DNA of 64,000 bases from the human T2T-CHM13v2.0 reference genome, Homo sapiens. Numbering within the stretch: position 1 is the first letter of the stretch; each line of letters begins with the position of its first letter. A program made the position numbers and the translations under genes. The notes under the pieces are model-generated. The model did not search any database and was not told the DNA's origin. It saw only the letters and a program-made list of their open reading frames with translations. Below are positions 39,901 through 54,069 of the stretch, in pieces. The stretch lies in the NCBI RefSeq assembly GCF_009914755.1, contig NC_060934.1; one strand, 5' to 3'.

Positions 39901-42900
39901 ATTAGAAAGAAGCTATTTGTGACTGTGCTTTGTGATGTTTGGATTTATCTCACAGTCTAAAATTTTCTTTTGATTTAGCAGGATGGACACACTATTTTTT
40001 GAGACTATGCAAAGGGACATTTGGGAACCTATTGAGGATTTCTGGGAAAAACTGAAAATCCCCAGATACAAACTAGAAAGAAGTGATCTGTGAAACTGCT
40101 TTGTAATGTGTGTATTCATCTCGCAATGTTAAAACTTTCTTCTGATTCAGCATGTTAAAAACGCTCTTTTTGGCGAATCTGTGAAGGGACATTTGATCAC
40201 CCATTGAGGCTTATGGGGAAAAATTGAATAACCCCAGATAAACATATAAGAAGGTATCTGTGAAATGGCTTTGTGATGTTTGGATTCATCTTAGAGTGGA
40301 TAATTTTCCTTTTGATTCATCAGATTCAGAAGACCTTTTTGCAGAATCTGTGAAGGGACATTTGGGAGCCCATTTATGCCTATGGAAAAAAAGAAAAAAC
40401 AAATCTCCTCAAATAAAAACTAGAAGGAAGCTGTCTATGAAACTGCTTTTTGATGTGTGGATTCATCTCACTGAGCTATTTTTTTTCTTTTGATTCAGCA
40501 GAAGGGAAACACTCTTTTTGGAGAATCTGCAAAGACATATTTTGAAGCCCATTGAGGCTATCCAGTAAAAACTAAATATACCCAGATAAAAACTAAAAAG
40601 GCACTATCTGTAAAACTGCTTTGAGATGTATAGATTCATCTCACAGAGTTGAACCTTTCTTTGGATTCAGCAGGTTTGAAACACTCTTTTTGGAGAGTCT
40701 GTGAAGAAATATTTGAGGGTACATGGATCGCTTTGGGGGTAATACAGAATGTCCACAGATAAAAATCACAAATAAGCTATCTGTGAAACTTCTTTGTGAT
40801 GGGTGGATTCATCTCAAAAAGTTACAACGTTCTTTTGATTGAGCAGGTGGAGAACACTCTTTTGGAGGATAAGTGATGCTACATTTGGGAGCCCACTGAG
40901 GCCTATGAGGAAAAACTGAATATCCCCAGATAAAAACTTGAAATAAGCTATCTGTGAAGCTGCTTTGTGATGGGTAGATTCATCTCGCAGAATTAAAGGT
41001 TTTCTTTGATTCAACAGATTGCAAACACTCTTTTGGAGAATCTGTGAAGGGGCAATTTTTAACCCACTGAGGCCTAGGGGAAAAACTGGATATTCCCAGG
41101 TGAAAACTAAAAGGAAGCTAACTGTGAAACGTCTTTGTGATGTGTGAAGTTAAAACATACTTTTTATTCAGCAGGTTGGAGACTTTCTTTTTGGAGAATC
41201 TGTGAAGGGACATTTTTGGAGCCCATTGTGGCCTAAAAGGAACAACAGAATATCTTCAGGTAAAAACTAGAAAGAAGATATTTTTGAAACTGCTTTGTGA
41301 TTTGTGGATTCATTTCACAGTGTTAACGTTTTCTTTTTATTCTTCGGGTTGGAAACACTTTTTATGTAGAATGTGTGAAGGGACGTTTGGGAGTTGTTTG
41401 AGGAATACAAGGAAAAACAGAGTATCTCCAGATAAAAAGTACAAGGAAGCTATCTCTGAAACTGCTTTGTGATGGGTGGATTCATCTCACAGTGATAAAC
41501 TTTTATTTGATTCAGCATGATGGAAACACTCATTTTGAGAATCTACAAAGACACATTTGGGAGCACATTGACATCTAGGGAAAACAACAGAATATCCTAA
41601 GGTAAAAACAAGAAAGAAGCCATCTGTGAAACTGTTTCATGTTGTGAGGATTCATCTTACAGAGTTAAAGTTTTCTTCTTACTCAGCAGGTTGGAGACAC
41701 TCTTTTTACAGAATTTGCAAATGGACTCTTGGGAGCCCATTGAGGCATATGGAAAAAAATGGAATATCCCCAGATAATTATTAGAAAGAAGTTATCTGTG
41801 AAACTGCTTTGAGGTGTGTGGACTTCTCTCACAGAGTTAAACATTTCTTATGATTTCACAGGTTAAAAACACTCTTTTTGGAAAATATGCAACAAGACAT
41901 TTTGTAGCCCATTGAGGCCTATGGAAAAAAACAGAATAATCCCAGATAAATACTAGAAAGAAGCTGTCTGGGAAACTGCTATGTGATGTGTGGATTCATC
42001 TCACAGAGGAAAACTTTTTTTGATTCAGCAGGTTGGAAACACTCTTCCTGGAAAAATATGCCATGGGACATTTGGGAGCCCTTTGTGGCATATGGGGAAA
42101 AACAGAATATCCACAAATAAAAGTAGAAGTAAGCTGTCTGGGAAACTGCTTTGTGATGTGTGGATTTATTTCACAGTGTTAAAACATTCTTTTGATTCAG
42201 CAGGTTGGAAACACTCTTTTGGAGAATCTGCGAAGGGACAAATTGTAACCCGCTGAGGCCTCTGGGCAAAAACTGAATAGCCCCAGATAAAAACTAGAAG
42301 GAGGTTATCTGTGAAAAGGCTTTGTGACGTGTGGATTAATCTCACAGCATTAAAACTTTCTTATGATTCACAAAATTGCAAATGTTCTTTGAAGAATCTG
42401 TGAGGGGACATTTAGGAGCCCATTGAGTCCTACTGGGAAAACAGAATACCTCAAATAAAAACTAGAAAGAAGCTATCTATGAAACTACTTTGTGATCTGT
42501 GGATTCTTTGCACCAAGAAAAAACTTTCTTTTGAATCAGTAGTTTGAAAAAAACTCTTTTTGTAGAATCTGTGAAGGGACATTTAGGAGTCCTTTGAGGC
42601 CTATGGGGAAAAACTGAATATCACCAGATAAAAAATACTAAGAACCTATCGGTGAAACTGCTTTGTGATGTGTCTATTCATCTCACAGAGTTAAAAATTT
42701 CTTTTGATTCAGCAGGTTGGAAACACTCTTTTTGGAGAATCTGTGAGAAAACAATTGGGGGACCTTTGAGGCCTATGGGGAAAACCAGAATTTTCCCCAG
42801 ATAAAAATTAGAAACAAAATATGTGTGAAACTGATTTGTGATGTGTGATTCATCAATCATGGTTAAGTCTTTCTTTTGATTCAGCAGTTTAGTAATACCG

Positions 42901-45900
42901 TTTTTGGAGAATCTGAGAAAAGACTTTTGGGAACCCATTTTGGCCTACATGGGAAAAACAAATGTGCCCAGATAAAATCTACAAAGAAGCTAAGTATGAA
43001 ACTGCTTTGTGATGTGAGGATTCATCTGAGAGGTAAACTTTTCCTTTGATCAGCATGTTGGAAATACTCTTTTTAAAGAATCTTCAAAGGGAGATTTGGA
43101 AGCCCTTTGAGGCCTATGGGGAAAAACAGAGTATCTCCAAATAAACACTGCAAAGAAACTATCTGTGAAACTACTTTGCAATGTGTGGATTCAGCTAACA
43201 GGATTAAACCTTTCTTTTCATTCAGCAGGCTGGAAACACGCTTTTTGGAGAATATGCAATGGAACATTTTGGAAAGCATTGAGGCCTATGGGGAAAAATG
43301 AAATACCCCAAGATAAAAACTAGAAAGAATCTATCCATAAAATGCTTTGTGATGTGTGGATTCATCTCACAGAGTGAAACCTTCTTTGTGATTCAGCAGG
43401 TTGGAAACACTGTTTTGGAGAAACTGCTAAAGGACAATTAATAACCCATTGAGGCCTATGGGGAAAAACAATAAATTCAGATAAAAAATAGAAAGGAGCT
43501 ATTTGTGAAATGGCTTTGTGATATGCGGATTCGTCTGACAGAGTTAAACTCTTTTTTTTTTAATTCAGCAGGTTGGAAGTTTTCCTTCTGGAGAATCTGC
43601 CTGGGGACTTTTTCGTGCCCATTGAGGCCTAATGAGAAAAACTGAATATCTCCAGATAAAAACTAGAATGAAGTTATCTGTGAAATTGCTTTGTGATGTG
43701 TGGATTCATCTCACAGAGGTAAAACTTTCTTTTGATTCTACAGGTTAGAACATCTCTTTTGGTAAAATCTGTGAAGGGATATTTGGAAGCCCATTGAGGC
43801 CCACAGGAAAAAACTGAGTACCCCCTGATAAAAACTAGAAGGAAGATGTCTATGAAACTGTTTTGTGATGTGTGGATTCATCTCAGAGACTTTACCTTTT
43901 CTTTTGATTCAGCAAGGTGGAAAGACTCTTTTTGTGAATCTGTGAAGGGACATTTGGGAACCTATCCAGGATTATGGAAAAAAACAGAATATCCACAGGA
44001 AAAAAAAAACGGAAATAATCTATCTGTGTCACTGCTTTTTTTTAAGTGTGGATTTGAGTTACAGAGTTACACATGTCTTTTTATTCAGTAGCTTGGAAAC
44101 ACTCTTTTTGGAGAATCTGTGAAGAAATATTTGGGAACCTTTTGAGGACTATGAGGACACACAGACTCTCCCCAGATAAAAACTAGAAAGAAGCTATCTG
44201 TGAAAATGCTTTGTGATGTGTGGATTCATCTCACAGAGTTAAATGTTTCTTGTCATTCAGGAGGATGAAAACACTCCTTTTTGAAATCTGTGAATGAACA
44301 TTTGGGAGCTCATTGAGGGCTATGGGGATAAACAGAATATCCCCAGATGAAAAGTACAAAGAAGTTATCTGTGAAGCTAATTTTTGATATGTGGATTCAT
44401 CTCACAGATTGAAACTATTCTTTTGATTCAGGGGGTTAAAAACACTTTTTTGGAGAATTAACAAAGGGACATTCTGGAGCCCATTGAAGAATATTGCATG
44501 AAACTGAATATCCCCTGATAAAACCTAGAAAGAAGCTAACTGTGAAACTGCTTTGGATGTCTGCATTCATCTCACAGAGTTAAACTTTTCTTTTGATTCA
44601 GTATGTTAGAAACATTCTTTTTGGATCATCTGTGAAGGGACATTTGGGAGCCCACTGAGGCTTGTGGGGAAAAACTGAATATCCCCAGATAAAAATGAGA
44701 AAGAAGTTATCTGTGAAATATTTTGTGATAGGTGGATTCATGTCACAGAGGTAAACCTTTTGATTCAGCAGGTTGGAAACACTCACTTTGGAGAATCTTT
44801 GAAGGGACATTTGTTAGCCCATTTTGTTCTATGGAGAAAAACTGAATATCCCCAGATAAAAACTAGAAAGAAGATATCGTGAAACTGCTTTGTTACGTGT
44901 CAAATCATCTCACAAACTTAAATCTTTATTTTGCTTCAGCAGGTTGGTGACACTCTTTTTGGAGAATCTGAGAAAGGCCATTTGGGAGCCCATTGAAGCC
45001 TAAGGGGAGAAACAGAATATTTCCAGAAAAAAACCAGAAAAAAGCTATCTGTGAAACTGCTTGTGTTGTGTAAATTCATCTCACAGGGTTAGAATTTTAT
45101 TTTCATCCAGCAGGTTGGAAACACTCTTTTTGGAGAACCTGCAAAGGGACATTAGGAGCCCGTTGAGGCCTACGGTGCAAAACCAAATATCCCAAGATAA
45201 AAACTAGAAGAAAGCCATCTGTGGAACTTCTCTGTGATGTGTGCATTCACCTCACAGAGTTTAAACTGTCTTTTGATTCATCACTGGGGAAATACTCTTT
45301 TTGGAGAATCTGAGAACGGACACTTGGGAACCCATTGAGTTCTATGGGGAAAAACCAAGTATTGTCAGATAAAAATTAAAAAGAAGCTATCTGTGAAACT
45401 ACTTTGTGATGTGTGTGTTCATGTCAGAGAGTTAAACCTTTCTTTTGATTTAGCAGATTGGAAACACTTCTCCTGTGGAATCTGCGAAGGGGCACTTTGG
45501 AGCCCATTGATGACAAAGAAAAAGAGAATATCCACAAATAAAAACAAGAAAGAAGCTACCTGTTAACCTACTTTTAATGTGAAGATTCATCTCACAGAGT
45601 TAAACCTTTCTTTTGATTCAGCAGGTTGGAAACACTCTATTTGGAGAACATGCAAAGGGAAAATTGGGAGCCTATTGAGGACTGTGGGGAAAAGCAGAAT
45701 ATCCCCAACTAAAAACTAGAAAGATGATATCTGTGGAACTACTTTAGATGTGTGGATTCATCTCAGAAAATCAAACTTTCTTTTGATTCAGCAGGTTGGA
45801 AACACTCTTTTGGAGCATCAGCAAAGGGACATTTTGGCGCTCAAGGAAACTGATGTGGAATAACTAAATATTTGCAAATAAAATCTAGAAGAAGCTATCC

Positions 45901-48900
45901 ATGAAACTGCTTTGTGATGCGTGGATTAATCTCACAGAGTTAACTTTTTCTTCTGATTCAGCAGGTTAGAAACACTCTCTTTGTAGAAACTGTGAATGAA
46001 TATTCCAGAGCCCATTGAGGCTTATGGTGAGAAACCAAATATCCCCAGTTAAAAACATAGAAAGAAGCTATCTGTGAAACTGATTTGAGATGTGTGAATT
46101 TATCTCACAGGTTTAATTTTTCCTTTGATTCAGTAGTTTGGAAACACTCTTTTGGAGAATCTGTGATAGGACATTAGTGAGCACATTGTGGCCTATCAGG
46201 AAAAACAGAATATCCACCAATAAAACCTAGAAAAAAAGCTATCTGTGAAACTTCTTTGTGATTTGTGGATTCATCACACAAGAGTAAAACTTTCTTTTGA
46301 TTCAGCAGGTTGGAAACACTATTTTTGGGAAAATCTGTGAGGGACATATGAGAGAACATCGAGGGCTATGGGGAAAAATTGAATATCCCTAGATAAAAAC
46401 AAGAGGAAGCCATCTGTGAAACTGTTTTGTGATGTGTGGATTCATCTCACAGTGTTCAAGTTTTCTTTTGAATCGGTAGTTTGGAAACACTCTTTTTGGA
46501 GAATCTGCGAAGGGATATTTTGGAGCCATTGAGGCTTAATGGGGAAAACCGAATATCCCCAGATAAAAACTAGAATGAAGTAATCTGTTAAACTGCTTTT
46601 GGATGAGTGGATTCATCTCAAAGGGTTAAACCTTTCTTTTGACTCAACAGGTTGGAAACACTGTTTTTGGAGAATCTGCAAAGGAGCATTTGGGAGCCCA
46701 TTGTGGCCAATGGGGAAAAACAAAATACCTCCAGATAAAAACTAGAAAGAAGCTTTTGGTGAAACTACCTTGTGATGTGTGGATTCCTCTTCCAGGGTTA
46801 AAGTTTTCTTTTGAATTGGTAGTTTGGAAACACTCTTTTTCGAGAATCTGTTAAGGGACATTTTGGGGTCATTGAGGCTTAAGGGGAAAAACTGAATATC
46901 CCCAGATAAAAACTAGAATGAAGTTATCTGTGAAACTGCTTTGGGATGTGTGGATTCATATCAAAGAATTAAACCTTTCTTTTGATTCAGCAGGTTGTAA
47001 ACACTCTTTTTGGAGTATCTTCTAAGGGACATTTGGGAGCCCATTGTGGCCATGGGAAAAAAACAGAATATCTCCAGTTAAAAACTAGAAAGAACCTTTG
47101 TGTGAAACTTCTTTGTGATGTGTGGATTCATCTCACAAAGATAAACGTTTCTGTTGATTCAGCAGTTTGGGAAACTCTTTTTGTGTAATCTGCAAAGGGA
47201 CATTTTGGAGCCCATTGAGACCTATGGGAAAAAATAAAATTTCCTTAGATAAAAACTAGAAAGAAACTTCTGTGAAAGTATTTGTGTTGTGTGGATTCAT
47301 CTCATAGAGTTAAATTTTTCTTTTGATTCAGGAGTTTGAAAACACTTTCTTTGTAAAATCTGTGAGTGAATATTCGAGAGCCCATTGAGGCCTATGGGGA
47401 TAAACTGAATATCCCCAGATAAAAACTAGAAAGAAGCTATCTGTGAAACTTTTTTGTGATGTGTGGATTTATCTCACAGATCTAATCTTTCTTCTGATTC
47501 TCGAGTTTGGAAACATTCTCTTCTACAATCTGTGATAGGACATTTGGGAGCACATTGTGGCCTAGGGGAAAAACAGAATATCCCCAGATAAAAACTTGAA
47601 AGAAACTATCTGTGAAACTTCTTTGTGATGTGTTGATTCATCTCAAAGAATTAAAAATTTCTTTTGATTCAGTAGGTTGGAACAGCTCTTTTTTGAAAAT
47701 CTGCAAAGGGACATTGGAGAGCCCATTGAGACCTATGGAAAAAAACTGAATGCCGCCAGACAAAAACAAGAAGTTATCTGTGAAACTTCTTTGTGATGTG
47801 TGGATTCGTGTCAGAGTTAAAGTTTCTTTTCAAGCAGTAGGTTGGAAACACTCTTTTTGGAGAATCTGTGAAGGAACATTTGGGGCCATAGAGGCCTAAG
47901 GGGAAAAACTGAATATCCCCAGATATAAACTAGAATGAAGGTATCTGTGAAACTGCTATTGGATGTGAGGATTCATCTCAGAGTTAAAACTTTCTTTTGA
48001 TTCAGCAGCTTGGAAACAGTCGTTTTATGGAAACTGTGAAGGGACATTTGGAAGCACATCGAAACCTAGGGGAAAAACAAAATATCCTCTGAGAAAAAAC
48101 TAGAAGGAAGCTATCTGTGAAGCTGCCTTTGTGATGTGTGGATTCTTCTCACAGAGCTACACTATTCCTTTGATTCAGCAGGATGGAAATACTCTTTTTG
48201 TACAATTTGCGAAGGGATATTTGGGAGCCCAGAGAGGTTTAGGGGGAAAACCAAATATCCCAGATATAAACTAGAAAGAAGCTATCTGTGAAACAGCTTT
48301 TCAATGTGTGGATTCATCCCAGAGAGTTCAAACTTTTTTTTGATTCAGCAGGTTTAAAACAATCTGTTTGTAGAATCTGTGAATGGAAATTTGGGTACTC
48401 AAACAGGCCTATGGGGAAAAACTGAATATCCCCAGAAAAAAATCTAGATAGAAGCTATCTAAGAAACTGCTTTGTGATCAATGGAATCATCTCACAGATT
48501 TAAACTTTTCTTTGGATTCAGCAGGTTGGAAACATTCTTTTGGCAGAATCTGCAAGGTGACATTTGGGAGTCCATTGAGGTGAATGGGAAAAAACGAAAT
48601 ATTCCCAGATAAAAGCTAGAAAGAAGCTTCCTGTAAAACTTCTGTGTCATGTGTCAATTCCTCCCACAGGGTTAAACCTTTCTTTTGATTAAGCAGGTGG
48701 GAAACACTATTTTTGGAAAATCTGTGAAGGGACATTAGGGAGCACTTTTAGGCCTATTGGGAAAAACTGAATATTCCCAGATAAAGAGTAGAAAGAAGCT
48801 CTCTGTGAAAATGCTTTGTCATATGTACATTCATCTCACAGAGTTGAATCTTTCTTTTTGATTCGGCAGGTTGGAAACACTCTTTTTGGAGCATCTTCAA

Positions 48901-51900
48901 ATAAATATTTGGGAATTCGTAGATGTCTAAGGGGTAAAACCAAATATCCAAAGATAAAAACTAGAAAGAAGCTATCTGTGAAACTGCTTTGTGATGTGTG
49001 TATTCATCTCACAGAATTAAACCTTTGTTTTTATTCAGCAGTTGGAAACACACTTTTGGAGAATCTGCAAAGGGACATTTCAGTGTCCTTTGAGGTCCAT
49101 GGAAAAAAAAAGAATATCCCCATATAAAAACTAAAAAGAAGCTATCTGTGAAACTGCTTTGTGGTGTGTGGGTTCGTCTCACAGAATTAACACTTTTTTG
49201 TTATTCAGCACGTTGGAAACATTCGTTTTGTAGAATCTGTGAAGGGAAATTTGGGAGCCCACTGAGACCCATGGATAAAAATTAAATATCCCCATTTAAA
49301 AACTAGAATGAAGGTATCTGTGAAATTGCTTTGTGATGTGTGGATTGATCTCACAGAGTTAAAACATTTTTTGATTAAGCAGGCTGAAAAACTCTTTTTG
49401 TGGCATCTACAAAGGGACATTTCGGAGCCCATTGAGGCCTATGAAGAAAAACCAAATATTCCCAGGTAAAAACAGCAAAGAAAGTATCTGTGGAATTGCT
49501 TTGTGATGGGTGGATTCATCTCACAGAGTGAAATCTTTCTTTTGATTCAGCAGGTTGGAAACACATTTTTTGTAGTACCCGGTGGGATATTTGGGAGCCC
49601 ATTGAGGCCTAAGGGGATAAATAGAACATTCCCAGATAAAAACTAGAAAGAAGTTATCTGTGGAACAGTTTTGTGGTGCGTGCATTTTTCTCAGAGTTAA
49701 CCCTTCTTTTGACACAAGAGGTTGGAAAGTCTCTTTGGAGTACCTGTGGATGGACAGTTGGGAGCCCACTTTGTTCTACTAGAAAAAACCGAGCATCTCC
49801 AGACAAAAACTAGACAGAAGCTCTCTGTGAAATTGCTTTGTAGCATTTCAATGAAAAAATGAAAATAAAGCTACCTGTGAAACTGCTTTGTGATGTGTTC
49901 CTTAATCTCATGGAGTTAAGCCTTTCCTTTGATTCAGCTGATTGGAGACATCTTTTTGGAGAATCTGTGAAGGGACATTTTGGAGATAATTTAGACCTAT
50001 TGGAAAAAAAACGAATGTCTTCAGATAAAAACTAGAAAGAATCTTTCTGTGAAACTGCTTGGTAATGTGTGGATTCATCCCACAGAGTTAAAACTTTCTT
50101 TTCATTCAGCAGGTTGGAAACATTATTTTTGTTGAATCAGTGAATGGACATTCCGGAGCTCATTGTGGACTACAGGGAAAAAACAAATATCTCCAGATAA
50201 AAACTAGAAAGAAGCTATTTGTGAAACCGCTTTGTGATGTGTGGATTCATCTCACAGAGTTACATTTTTCTTTTGATTCAGCAGGTTGGAAACACTCTTT
50301 TTGGCAAAATCTTCAAATGGACATTTGGGAGCCCAGAGAAGCCTATGGGGAAAAATGGAATATCCCCAGATGAAAACTAAAATGAAGTTATCTGTGAAAG
50401 TGCTTTGTGATATGTGGATTCATCTCACAGAGTTGAACAATTCTTTTGAATCAGCAGGTTGGAGAGACTCTTTTTGGAGAATCTTCTAATAAATATTTGG
50501 GAGTGCATGGATGCCTAAAGGGCAAAACCAAATATTCAAAGATAAAAACTAGAAAGAAACTATCTGTGAAACTGCTTTGAGATGTGTGGATTCCTTTCAC
50601 AGAGTGAAACCTTTATTTTGATTCAGTAGGTTGGAAACACACTTTTGGAGAATCTGCAAAAGGACATTTGGGAGCTCTTTTAAGTGTGTGGGTTAAAACT
50701 GAATATCCCCAGTTAAAAACTAGAAAGAAGCCATCTGTGAAACTGTTTTGTGATGTGTGGATTCATCTCACAAAATTAACACTTTTTTTGTGGTTCAGCA
50801 CACTGGAAACATTCATTTTGTAGAATCTGTGAAGGGAAATTTGGGAACCCATTCAGGCCTATTCTTAAAAATTGTATATCCCCAGATAAAAACTAGAATG
50901 AAGCTGTCTATGAAACTGAGTTGTGATGTGTGGATTGATCCTACAGAGTTAAACTTTTTTTGATTAAGCAGGTTGGAAACACTCATTTTGTGGAATCTGC
51001 GAAGGAATATTTGAGAGCCCATTGAAGCCTATGAAGTAAAACCGAATATTCCCAGGTAAAAACAGTAAAGAAGGTATCTGTGAAATTGCTTTGGGATGTG
51101 TGGATTCATCTCACAGAGTGAAAACTTTCTTTTGATTCAGCAGGTTGAAAACACTGTTTTTGTAGTGTCTGTGAAGGGACATTTGGGAGCCCCTTGAGGC
51201 CTATGGGGAAAAAACAGAATATCCCCAGATAAAAATTAGAAAGAAGTTATCTGTGGAACTGTTTTGTGATGTGTGCATCCATCTCACAGAGTTAAACCTT
51301 TCTTTTGACTCAGGAGGTTGGAAACACTCTCTTTGGAGAATCTGTAAATGGACAGTTGGGAGCCCATTTATTTCTACTTGAAAAAACCGAATATCCCCAG
51401 ACAAAAACTAGACAGAAGCTCTCTGTGAAATTGCTTTGTGATGATTTAAGGAAAAAACGAAAATAAAACTACCTGTGAAACTGCTTGGTGATGTGTGGAT
51501 TAATCTCACAGAGTTAAACCTTTCCTTTGATTCAGCTGATTGGAAACATCTTTTTGAGGCATCTGTGAAGGGACATTTGGGAGCATATTAAGGCCTGCAG
51601 GTTGGAAACCTTCTTTTTGGAGAATCTTCAGAGGGACTTTTGGGAGCCTGTTGAGGCCTATAAGGAAAAACTGAATATCCCTAGATAAATACTAGAAAGA
51701 AGCTATCTGTGAAACAGCTTTGTGATATGTGGATTCATCTCACAGAGTTAACTTTTCTTTTGATTCATCAGGTTGGAAACAATCTTTTTGGAGAATCTGT
51801 GAAGGGATATTTTAGAGCCCATTAAGACCTATGAGGAAAAATTGAATATACCCAAATAAAAACTAGAAAGAATCTATTTGTGAAAATAATTAGTGATGTG

Positions 51901-53653
51901 TGGATTCATCTTAAAGAGTTAAACATTACTTTCGTTTCAGCAGTTTGGAAACACTCTTTTTGGAGAATCTGCAAAGGGAAAGTTGAGAGCTTATTATAAC
52001 CTACAAAGAAAAACTGAATATCCCAAGAAAAAATGAAAATAATCCTGTCTGTGAAACAGCATTGTTCTTTATTAATTCATCTCAGTGAAGTAATCCTTTC
52101 TTTTGTTTCAGAAATTTGGAAACCCTTTTTAGAGAATCTGCAAAGGGACATTTGGGAGCCCATTGAAGCCTATAAAGATAAACTGAATATAAATACAAAA
52201 GAAAACTAGAAAAAAAGCTATCTGTGAAACTGCTTTGTGATGAGGGGATTCATCTCACAGCGTTAAGCCTTTCCTTTGATTCAGCAGGTTAGAAACCTTT
52301 TTTTTGTAAAATCTGTGAAGGGATATTTGGGAGCCCATTAAGGACTATGTGGAAAAACAGAATAGCTTCAGATTAAAAAGTAGAAAGGAGCTATCTATGA
52401 AACTGATATGTGATGTTTCAATTCATCTGACAGAGTTAAAACTTTCTTTAGATTCAGGAAGTTGGAAACATTCTTTTTGGAGATTCTATGAAGGGACATT
52501 TGGGAGCCCTTTGAGGCCTATGTGGAAAAACAACATATGCCCAGATAAAAACTAGAAAGAAGCCTCGTTTGAAACTGCTTTCAGACGTGTGGATTCATCT
52601 CAAAGAGACAACCTTTTCTTTTGATTCAGCCAGTTGCAAAACCTCTTTTTGTAGAATGTGGCCACGGATATTTGGGAGCTTGTTGAGACCTACAGTGAAA
52701 AACCAAATATCTCCAGATAAAAACTAGAAAGAAGGTATCTGTGAAACTTCTTTGTGATGTGTGGATATGTCTCACAGAGTTAAATATTTCGTTTTATTCA
52801 GTAGCTGGGAAACATTCTTTGTAGAAAATTTTCAAGGGGACATTTGTAAGCCCATTGAGGCTTATGGAAAAAACTGAATATCCCCTGATAAAAACCAGAA
52901 AGCCGCTAACTGTGAAACTGCTTTGTCATGTGTGAATTCACCTCACAGAGTTAAACCTTTCTTTTGATTCAGCATGCTGGAAGCCCTTTTTTTTGGAGAA
53001 TCTGCAAACATACATTTGGGAGCCCATCGAGGCCTATGTGGAAAAACCAAGTATCGCCTAATAAAAATGGGAAAGAAGCTACCTGTGAAACTGCTTTGCA
53101 ATGTTTGGATTCATCTCACAAGTTGAATTCAACTTGTTGATTCAACAAGTTGAATCAACTTGTTGAAGTTTTCTTTTCATTTAGCAAGTTGGAAAAACTC
53201 TTTTAGGAGAATCTTTTAAGGGACATGTGGTCTCCCATTGTAGCCTAATGTGAAAAGTGAATATCCCCAGTAAAAAGTAGAATGAAGTTATCTGTGAAAC
53301 TGCTTTGCTATGTGTGGATTCGTCTCACAGTATTAAACCTATCTTTTGATTCAGCAGGCTGGAAACACTCTTTTTGGAGAATCTGCCAAGGGACATTTGG
53401 GAGCCCATTGAGGTCTATGGTGAAAAACAAAATATCCCCAGGCAAAAACTAGAAAGAAGCTATCTATGAAATTGCTTCTTGGTTTGTGGATTCATCTCAA
53501 AGAGTTAAACCTTCCAATTTATTCAGCAGGTTGTAAACAATCTTTTTTGAGTATCTGCAAAAAGACATTTTGGAGCTCATTTAAGCCTATGGGGAAAAAC
53601 AGAATATCCCCAGATAAAAACTAGAAATCAGCTATCTGTGAAACATTTTGTGA
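30953..53653 (+). repeat. Monomeric alpha satellite with relic multi-monomer duplications
   Basis: Continuous ~171-bp monomers. Shared diagnostic indels link 33.4-34.7 kb, 48.8-50.4 kb and 50.4-51.7 kb. Confidence 0.97.
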
Positions 53654-54060
53654 AATTAAAGTTTTGGAAAGAGTTGGAAAGGACTTTAAAAACACGTAGA
53701 AAAGGAAGAAAATTCCTTTGACTTTTTGGTAAGTTTGGACATTGGTGCATACAGCACTGGAAGCTTTTCAGATGAGGAGGCTGAGTCATAGGAGAAGGGA
53801 TAGGAGTTTGATAATCAGAACTCTGAACGGCCTCTACCAAGTGCTAGCCAAAAGGATAGTTCACAGTTAATGTATGCCAAGCTCTGTGGTCTCCCTAAAC
53901 CTGCTCTGAAAATTGTTCTGCTCATGGCTCCTTCAGAGCAGTGCCCAGAAAGGCCACCTCCTCTTCAGCTGAGTGAGTGCTGGGAAAGGGAGTCCAAGAC
54001 TTGGCTCACTGAGACTCAGCTCACTGCACCCACTATTGCCCGACTTGCATTTCCTCACTG
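53654..54060 (+). pseudogene. gag: gag fragment beginning inside matrix
   Basis: Translates to ...ERVGKDFK...KIPLTFW*VWTLVHTALEAFQ (HERV-K matrix C-terminal half), followed by a proline-rich PERPPP segment. It then jumps to pol. Confidence 0.75.
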
Positions 54061-54069
54061 TGGAGGAGC

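Noticed and set aside
30953-53653. Active centromeric higher-order repeat array
   Set aside because: The duplicated blocks are few and visibly diverged, and no CENP-B boxes were seen; these are relic duplications only.
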